Origin: Octopus vulgaris
Taxonomy: Eukaryota
NCBI GenBank assembly: GCA_951406725.2
Contig: OX597828.1
Location: forward strand, 50,654,001-50,718,000
Reading direction: 5' to 3'
Length of the DNA stretch: 64,000 nucleotides
This document shows positions 56,366 through 64,000 of the stretch, in pieces. The translations under genes and the position numbers were made by a program. Position 1 is the stretch's first letter; every line of letters starts with the position of its first letter. Under the pieces are notes generated by a model. It did no database searches. It saw nothing but the letters and a program-made list of their open reading frames with translations, and was not told the origin of the DNA.

Positions 56366-57240
56366 CGGTGTTCGGCTTAAATTTGACGACCTTTTATGTA
56401 TGCCTTCTTTCAGAAACAGTTCGATCTATTATTGAACAATCACGGCTTTGGAGAACATAATGATTAACATGTAACTGAGAATAAGTTAGCTGACATGAAA
56501 GACTGAAAGCCGTCTGAATATTGAAAAAGGGTTACCTGTATCATGTTACCTGTTTACCTGTATCAGGTTACCTGTTTCGTGTCGAGTATTAAAATACCGA
56601 CATCATGACTGCTGCTCAGTGTTCCGTGAACATTGCAAATGCTGTAAGAAGGTAAGATTGATATAATGAAAACCAAGCTCCTGAAATTGTGAAGGTCTCT
56701 GAATGTGTATCCAATAAGGGGGATGTCATGAAGCCCCACACCTTTGTACAAGTCCTTACATTTAATTCAAATATCTATGTGAATCTGCTGGAGATTGTGG
56801 TCAAATCTTGAGTGGTTAGGGTTACTGCTGGAAGGCCATATATGTTGACGCAGGATTCCGCTTCTTGCGATACCCTCGAGAAATGTCAGAAGTTTCTGGC
56901 CTAATTCTCCCGGTTATATTTTCATGAATTACTATGTTCGTGGCGCTGTTGAGAAAGACACCAACCGCTCTGCCCGCAACACCAAGGCCGAGCTGGTGGC
57001 CAAGACCAGGGAGGTGTTCCAAGATCTTCACAGGAGCACAATGAGAAATGCACTCGTCCGATTGCGGAACCACCTTGAGGCTGTAGTGGAAGCTCAGGGT
57101 GGTTACTGTGAGTAAACTATCATCTTCCAGCCATAATGTAGTTGATATTATTTGATTTTAAAAATACTTTTATTTTTGTATGAGATTTCTTGTTTACTTT
57201 TCCCTTCATGGAAACTGTCAAATTTAGCCCGCATACGCTG
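56366..57240 (+). mobile_element. deleted Tc1/mariner-superfamily (maT/DD37D-like) element with imperfect TIRs
   Basis: TA|CGGTGTTCGGCTTAAATTTGAC ... GTCAAATTTAGCCCGCATACGCTG|TA; CVSNKGDVMKPH, YVNLLEIVVK, MNYYVRGAVEKDTNRSARNTKAELV...LEAVVEAQGGYCE*. Confidence 0.8.
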
Positions 57241-59159
57241 TAAAACTAACAATAATCACTATAATTTTTGGTATCAATGTAAAGCGCGAATGCATTCATG
57301 TTTTAAATATTTTATCCGATTTCATTTATATTATGACCATACCACCATTTTACGTTGCCTGAACAGCATGTTTGAAATATTTCTAATTAATTTCTAAAAC
57401 TTGAATGCAAGAAAGTTTCTATGTTACAAATCCATACAGATTAATATAAATATTTGGTGATATTGGGCGGCATCTGTTACGTGACCATCGTATGATGTCG
57501 CAAGTTGCAAGATTATTGTTTAAAACAAAACCCATACTAATGAGTAAATATGAAAAATCATTAATAAACCAATTAAACTTGGACAGCGTATTGGCTACAG
57601 TAAAACATGTCTGAGAGAAAATTGTTTATTGCACACACACTCATACACTTTCAAAATTATATGAGTATATGTGTATATAAAGAATATACAACGAGTTTTC
57701 GTCAGCTGGGGTAATGTAATGGGTATGTACCATAAATGCGCAGTTTGGTTTACAATTAAAACACCGGCTTTCACTGGAACTGAAATGTGTGATATTGAGA
57801 TTGCCTATGTAAGACGGCTAGAAGTGGTTTCTCCTTGAGTAGGTGGATATAGATTTAAATAAAAAATGAAAAAGTAAGACATTTGGTATCAATAACGAAA
57901 GAAATTTAGATAGGGAATATAAACACATAGAGTCCCTTGCAGCTTTTTCTAGAATAGTCAAACATGTGGATTGTGATACTGAGTAAGGATTCTACAAGCC
58001 GAGAATGCTGTCACCAGAAAATGTAAGGAAGTCAGGAAAATGTAAAAATGAAGAAATATCCACAATCACGATATTAGTACATTCCAATTTATCAAAAATG
58101 AAGGAAAGATAAGAGTAAAATAGATGTGTTAAGCAGTTTCGTGATCAAAAAACTAATAAATTTACAGATAAGTTCCATTAGCAGTTTCAAATAAGAATGT
58201 TCGACGATAATCCATGACAATGGATTATCGGAGTTACCAGTTCCATTTTTGAATATAGAAGGAATTAGAGCTGAGTAGGAATAAGATGCTACAGAGTGGA
58301 GAAAAGAGAGGACCGTAGATGGATTAAGTAGATATATTCTAGTCTCTATAGTGAGATATTTGTGGAAAGAGCTTAGTGGGTGTATAAGTATAGGCAGATA
58401 GATAAAGGGATATTCTCTATCCAAATCTCTTTGTTTTTTGCGAGTTATGCTAATGGTTTTGCTCTTTCATTTTTTTATTTTAATCAAAGTGTGTATGTAT
58501 GCGCGCACGCACACACAGGCACCTCCCACACACACAGGCACCTCCCACACACACAGGCACCTCCCCCACATACATATGTATAGGTACATATGTGTGTGTG
58601 TTTGCATGTAGAAGATTTAGCTTTTATAGCTTTCTACGGGCTCGAATAGGCCGGAAACTTGTTTGGACATGAAACTTGTTTGTAATTAGCCTCAAAATAT
58701 GATTCATATTTGAGAAGATTGACACTGAATGGCTTCAACGAAAAATAAACATAAACAATAATATATTTTAAATTTTAAATTATTACTCTTAATTAAATTA
58801 GTAGTTAGTCCTTTAGGCAATTAAGATTCGTTAACATTCAGTGGACAAACTATCTACCCTCTTAGCGTCATTATATTTATCTCACTACAATCTACGTTGC
58901 AATATGGAATAACAATTACTTTAATGTTAGTTTTTATGTCCTGCCTCTATAGAATTTGTGATATTGCACATTTTATATTTGAGTATTTTGTAAAAATTTT
59001 GTTGAGAAAAATGTCAATCGATTTTTGGAAAGGGATCATTATGATTAGGAATAATGTTATAGATTTCATTCTGCAACCACTAAAATACTTTAAATTATTT
59101 TCCAGCATTTATATGCGTTGTTATGAAATTTCCATTTCAGTATTTCTCTCTCGTTATTG

Positions 59160-59440
59160 TCCTAGTGGTTAGAGCAGCGGACTCGTGGTCAGGGATCGCG
59201 GATTCGAATCTCAGATCGGCCGATGTGTGTGTTTATGAGCGAAAACACCTAAGCTCCACGCGGCTCCGGCAGAAGGTAATGGCGAACTCCTGCTTTCTCT
59301 TTCGCCGTAACTTTCTCTCACTCTTTCCTTCTGCATCTTGCAGCTCACCTGCGACGGACCGGCCTTCCGTCCAGGGGGGGAACCTATACGCTAAAGAAAC
59401 CGGGAAATCGGCTCTATGAGCCAGGGATGGCTCGAGAAGA
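59160..59440 (+). mobile_element. SINE family C
   Basis: cctagtggttagagcagcggactcg...gattcgaatctcag...gagcgaaaacacctaagctccacg. Confidence 0.82.
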
Positions 59441-59517
59441 AGGAACATACAATTGTCCACGTGAAGTAAATTTGTTTCCATCGAAGTAACTTCGTGCGTT
59501 GCTTCATATACTTGAAT

Positions 59518-59897
59518 ACTCTTACTCTTTTACTTGTTTCAGTCATTTGACTGTGGCCATGCTGGAGCACCGCCTTTAGTCGAGCAAATCAACTCCGGGA
59601 CTTATTCTTTGTAAGCCTAGTACTTATTTTATCGGTCTCTTTTACCGAACAGCTAAGTGACGGGGACGTAAACACACCAGCATTGGTTGTCAAGCAATGC
59701 TAGTAGGACAAACACACACATATATATACATATATTCGACGGGCTTCTTTCAGTTTCCGTCGACCAAATCCACTTACAAGGCTTTGGTCGGCCTGATTCT
59801 ATAGTAGAAGACACTTGCCCAAGATGCCACGCAGTGGAACTGAACCCGGAACCATTCGGTTGGTTAGCAAGCTACTTACCACACAGCTACTCCTGTA
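59518..59897 (-). mobile_element. SINE family A
   Basis: antisense full-length match. Confidence 0.88.
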
Positions 59898-60110
59898 CAC
59901 ATTTTATTTTGCCTCCGTCACTAATATATGTGAAAAAAAACCCCATGTACCTCCTCGGCATTTATAAACCGAGAAGGACTGATACTGATATAATATTGGT
60001 ATGAAACCTCATAAATATTCAGTTTAAATGTAATGCAGTTATACTCAATAATTAAATAATGGAATGAATCCCATATGCTACAATTTTCATAGATATCCTC
60101 TCCATTTACA

Positions 60111-60720
60111 TACACGGTTTGTTTCGAAAGCAGTGCAAAAATGGACATTGCAGGCAAATAGTTTTTTCAAAGCCGAAGTAAACGTGACGCCATTACGTTC
60201 TTCATGAAAGACGGTTGAAGCCTGTTCGACATCCACATAAGGCACATTTTCAAGAGCAGTGTGCGCAGTGATAAAAGGTGGGTATAACCAAGAGATAGTG
60301 CCACCTGCGATTGCTAACGTGAGCCATTATCGAGTAGATGAATTATTTCGTGTGGATACACTAGTCACAATTCGTAAGCTTACTACATAAATGGACTGTA
60401 GCTACAATCTATTACAGTAGATGATGGAAGAGTTTGAGTAGCATAAGGTGTGTGTAAAGCGAGTACCTCGGCTGTTGACAATGTATTTGAAGGAGAGCAA
60501 AGTGGTAATTTGCTCTGATTTCAGGAAGCGCTTGCAGTTTATAAGAGTGACACACTTTTACCGATTTGGTGACTGGAGATGAAACATGACCATAGCTTTT
60601 TGACTCGGAAACGAAGGCTCACTTAATGAAATGGTATTACACATCTCCTCCAAAGCCTAAGCAATTAAAAAGCTACCGATAAGCACAGAAAGTTATGGCG
60701 GCAGTGTTTTGAGATGACGA
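60111..60720 (+). mobile_element. decayed mariner transposase, 5' two-thirds
   Basis: RVDELFRVDTLVTIRKL, KVCVKRVPRLLT, LVTGDET, FDSETK, KVMAAVF*DD. Confidence 0.8.
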
Positions 60721-60722
60721 TA

Positions 60723-62630
60723 TGTTGTGGGGATAATAGTGATAATGGTACACCCCTCCCACGTGACGAGTGGTATGTGCTGGTCGTGATAAAGAAGCTG
60801 ACGTCTGTCAGTATAAGGAGAGAGTATAAAGTAGGCGGTCATAGATAGTCGTGCCTTTACTGGTCTAATTAACTATAGTACTATACTAGAGTGGGCGTTA
60901 TAACAACATCACATTAAAGATTAAAACAATGGCGACGAGGAATTAACAAATTCATGGGGAGTTAATAAACTCACAAAAGTACATTTTGTGCGAACTTTAC
61001 AGAAAAAAAATCGTAAAATTATGGAAAATTTGTTGGCCGGTTTGCTCGAGTTGCAATAACAGGAACAACAACAACAGAAAAAAGCAAAAACAGCTGAAAG
61101 AACAGCAACAGCAGCAGCAGCTAAAACTGCAACAACAACAGAATTAACAACAACATCAACAATTGCTATTACAGCAACAAATGCTGCAATTAATGAATAG
61201 ATAGACGCCAGGACATGCTGAAAAAGATGTTCTCGAAGAGAGTTAATGTACGAACCAGACAGAGTTACCTTCGAGGCTTATTATAGAAGAAACGAACAAA
61301 TGCTCAATAAAAAATGCAAAGATTGAGACACCAATATGAAAATGGGTTTAAACTTAAGAAAACTGGCAAGAGGAGAACACGAGTGCTACAGCAATTACGT
61401 ACTCTTGAAAAGAACCTGACATAAACTTTAAAGGTACTGTGGAATATTGTGTAAAATTTTTAGTGAGAAAAGCTCGTTGTTCAATACACGTTGGAAATGT
61501 TTGAGCCGAGAAAGAACAACGAGGAAGTCTACATCACGTATGCTGGTAGAGATAGCAGGGAATGTGAAAAGTTCAAGCTGGACGAATTAACGCCAGATAT
61601 GTTCAAGTGCCTAATATTTACTCAGGGACGCATTGCAGAAAAAGACGCAAAAGTAAAAACTAGAATTCTCGCTAAGCTAGAACAAAACCAAGCTGAAACC
61701 TTACAACAAGTGTTAGAAGAGTGAAAGAATAGTAAATTTAAGACGCGACGCAGAAAGTTGAACATAAAGATTGCTTCCAAGGGAAATAAGTGCGAATTAG
61801 GCAGAAGATAAATCAAGTTTTACTAAAATACATTACAAACAGGGCAAGAATCAGGAAAAAAGCCATGTTTTGCACGTGGAACACTATACCCGACCATTTA
61901 AGAAAGCAGAAAGCTTCCGTTGTGGAAAAATTGAACGCGTAAAATCGCACTGCAAAACCAAGGTGAGAAACTGTTTGAACAAAGGAATAAGCAGTATGTC
62001 GTCGAAAGAAAATGGTAATATAACAAACAGAAAATTTGTAAATGCGAAAATTGAAAATATAAGAGTAAAAATGTAGTTAGACACTGGAAGTGATGTTACC
62101 ATTGTGAACGAAAAAGAATTGGAAGTATATCGTTAAGGTGTAATTAAGTAAATATACAAACGTAGCACATGGTGTTATGGGTAAAACATTTTATTTTGTC
62201 GGTGAATTGGTATTTTGAGGATGAAAGTTTTAATGCGTAACTACGTGTGCTGGCCAAAAATGGATATAGAAATCGAAAGTTTAGTGAAAGGCTGTAGATT
62301 ATGTGCTTTAGCAGTAAAATTATCGACGATAAAAAGTGAAAAATAGATGTTCTGTGGTCGAGACTAAACATTGGTTTCATTGGTCCTTTAAACGGTTCGT
62401 ATACTTAGAAGTAGTTGATACTTTCTCTAAATGGACAGAAATTTGTAAGTATAAAAAACCAACATCTTCAATTGTGACCCCAATGTTTTACATGAGCTGT
62501 TTGCGAAATTTGGCATACCAGACGCGATAGTGTCTGACAATTGAACGCAAACGCAATTTGTGTCTTTTGAATTAAAAAAATTTTGTGAAACATTCGCGGT
62601 AGAACATGTAACTACGGCTCCATACCATCC
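60723..62630 (+). mobile_element. decayed Ty3/Gypsy LTR retrotransposon (5' LTR, PBS, gag, protease, integrase remnant; RT/RNase H deleted)
   Basis: LTR TG..CA ~60723-60928 with TATAAA (60825) and ATTAAA; PBS TGGCGACGAGG at 60930; gag RECEKFKLDELTPDMFKCLIF; protease LDTGSDVTIVNE (~62077); integrase VVDTFSKW, LFAKFGIPDAIVSDN, EHVTTAPYHP. Confidence 0.88.
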
Positions 62631-62750
62631 ATACGATCTGGAGCTAGCACCCTACAACTCGATCCTGTTCGCTGAAAAGCAGGACAGTCTTTCAAACCAT
62701 CGGTTTTACGACATAAACGAAGTGAAAGTTTTAGTGAAGATGTAGGTACA
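62626..62750 (+). mobile_element. mariner transposase C-terminal remnant
   Basis: HPYDLELAPYNSILF...DSLSNHRFYDINEVKVLV resembles HPPYSPDLAPSDF.LF..LK..L.G.RF....EVK..V. Confidence 0.7.
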
Positions 62751-62799
62751 ATTTTGTGTTGGTTTTTAGTTGGTTTCAGTCCTCTTCCACCACGACACC

Positions 62800-64000
62800 A
62801 GAGCTGCACCGGGGCCATCCAATGATGTGCTGCCGACAGTACTCTCGCACAACACGGGTTTTGTTGAGTCAAACGTTACGACTTCGATCTAGATGTTTCT
62901 ATCATCACCCATGTTCAGTCTTGCTGCGTCAGGCGTCCTCTCTCTTGAACCCGATGTAATACATTGCTTTCTCAGAGGATTTTCACTATTTCCTGGCAAC
63001 ATCTTTTCTCTCACGAGTACCAGCTGAATTTTGGTTTCAACAATTCCTCCAATACCTACTCTAGGACATAGATATATTGCCTTCCAACTAACGTTTTCAC
63101 TGAGTTCAAACAATGCACGGCATATTCTGTCTTTGCTGAAAAACCTATATTCGAGGTTTGCTTCCCAGAGGACTGTGTACTCTACCACCTATGCCACCTC
63201 CTTTTCCTTGCACCGCATGACAAGGTCAGGGCTTTTGACGGAAAAGTCTTGGAAGTGATATTTAACATCAAGATCAGTAGAGAATTTGCTAATCTCCTCC
63301 CATATAGGGTGATTCTTCTTCCTAGCAGTGGCTGACATGCGGAGTTCACTTTCGCTGCAAAACTCTCTTTCCATGCTCTGCCACTTTCGGCTTTTCGCTG
63401 TTGTTAATTCACTTTACACTCTCCACCACTGCATCAGCTAATACGCTATGCATTTGGTTTGCCACATTGTGTAACTATGTTCCAGACCTAGTGAGAAGCT
63501 GGAGAGTATGCGTTTCATCATTCCAGACTTTCCACATTTGCACACGCCATTCGCCTCCTTTTTTTTCCAAAGATTTAAGCTTGCAGGACTTGGAAGCATG
63601 TTGTAGAGAAAATGCATCAACATAATGATTCTCGTTGGCTCCTATGAGTAAAGTTCTTTCCATCCTATCCTCCCAAACAATACACTGCTCCTGTTTCTAC
63701 GTTGTACCAACTCCAAATCGTGAATTTTCGCTTCTTCTTTCTTGACATCGTTGGCCACTGGACTCCTTTTACCCCTCGTTCGTAGCCCAGTATAGTTTAA
63801 ACTCGTGGTTTCCAAAGCCTTTCCTGTTCGGTCGCACGTGATCCACTAAATTCCGATATGATTGGGACACTACAAACCTCTCTGTTGCCTCAGAAGCTAT
63901 CCAAAGATCACATAACATATCGAATGTTGCAGCATCAATACTGTCCGCACTTTACCACATTTGTATTGCTCAACTATTGAAGGGATTAGCATCTCTACTG
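62800..64000 (-). mobile_element. decayed non-LTR retrotransposon 3' region with Zn knuckle and REL endonuclease (HERO/NeSL-like); runs off the window
   Basis: LPSPASLNLW...CKCGKSG..KRILSS, KSPDLVM...VVEYTVLWE, WKAIYLCPRVGIGG resembles RPDIVLW...IELTVPWE...GWKA...PVEVG. Confidence 0.78.

Overview
AT-rich, microsatellite-dense animal genomic DNA, intergenic or intronic. The repeat make-up looks cephalopod/octopus-like, which is inference only. I find no confidently supported host exon or intact transposon ORF, and most ORFs in the track are microsatellite read-throughs. The window is a graveyard of mobile elements: three tRNA-derived SINE families, decayed non-LTR elements (R4/Dong-like next to (TAA)n, HERO/NeSL-like, CR1-like, RTE), Tc1/mariner relics, a Gypsy relic nested in a mariner, a Helitron-like element, a TTAGGG-containing MITE and Penelope-like (GIY-YIG) relics. 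The main result is a set of hammerhead ribozyme (HHR) motifs. A young ~2.2-copy tandem array of a non-coding 458-bp unit (31844-32852) carries an intact type I HHR in each full unit, the architecture of a retrozyme that can release a unit-length, potentially circular, RNA. Several unrelated HHR-bearing elements share a non-canonical CCGANGA core (U4C). All folds and alignments were done by eye, and repeat boundaries are approximate unless termini are quoted.
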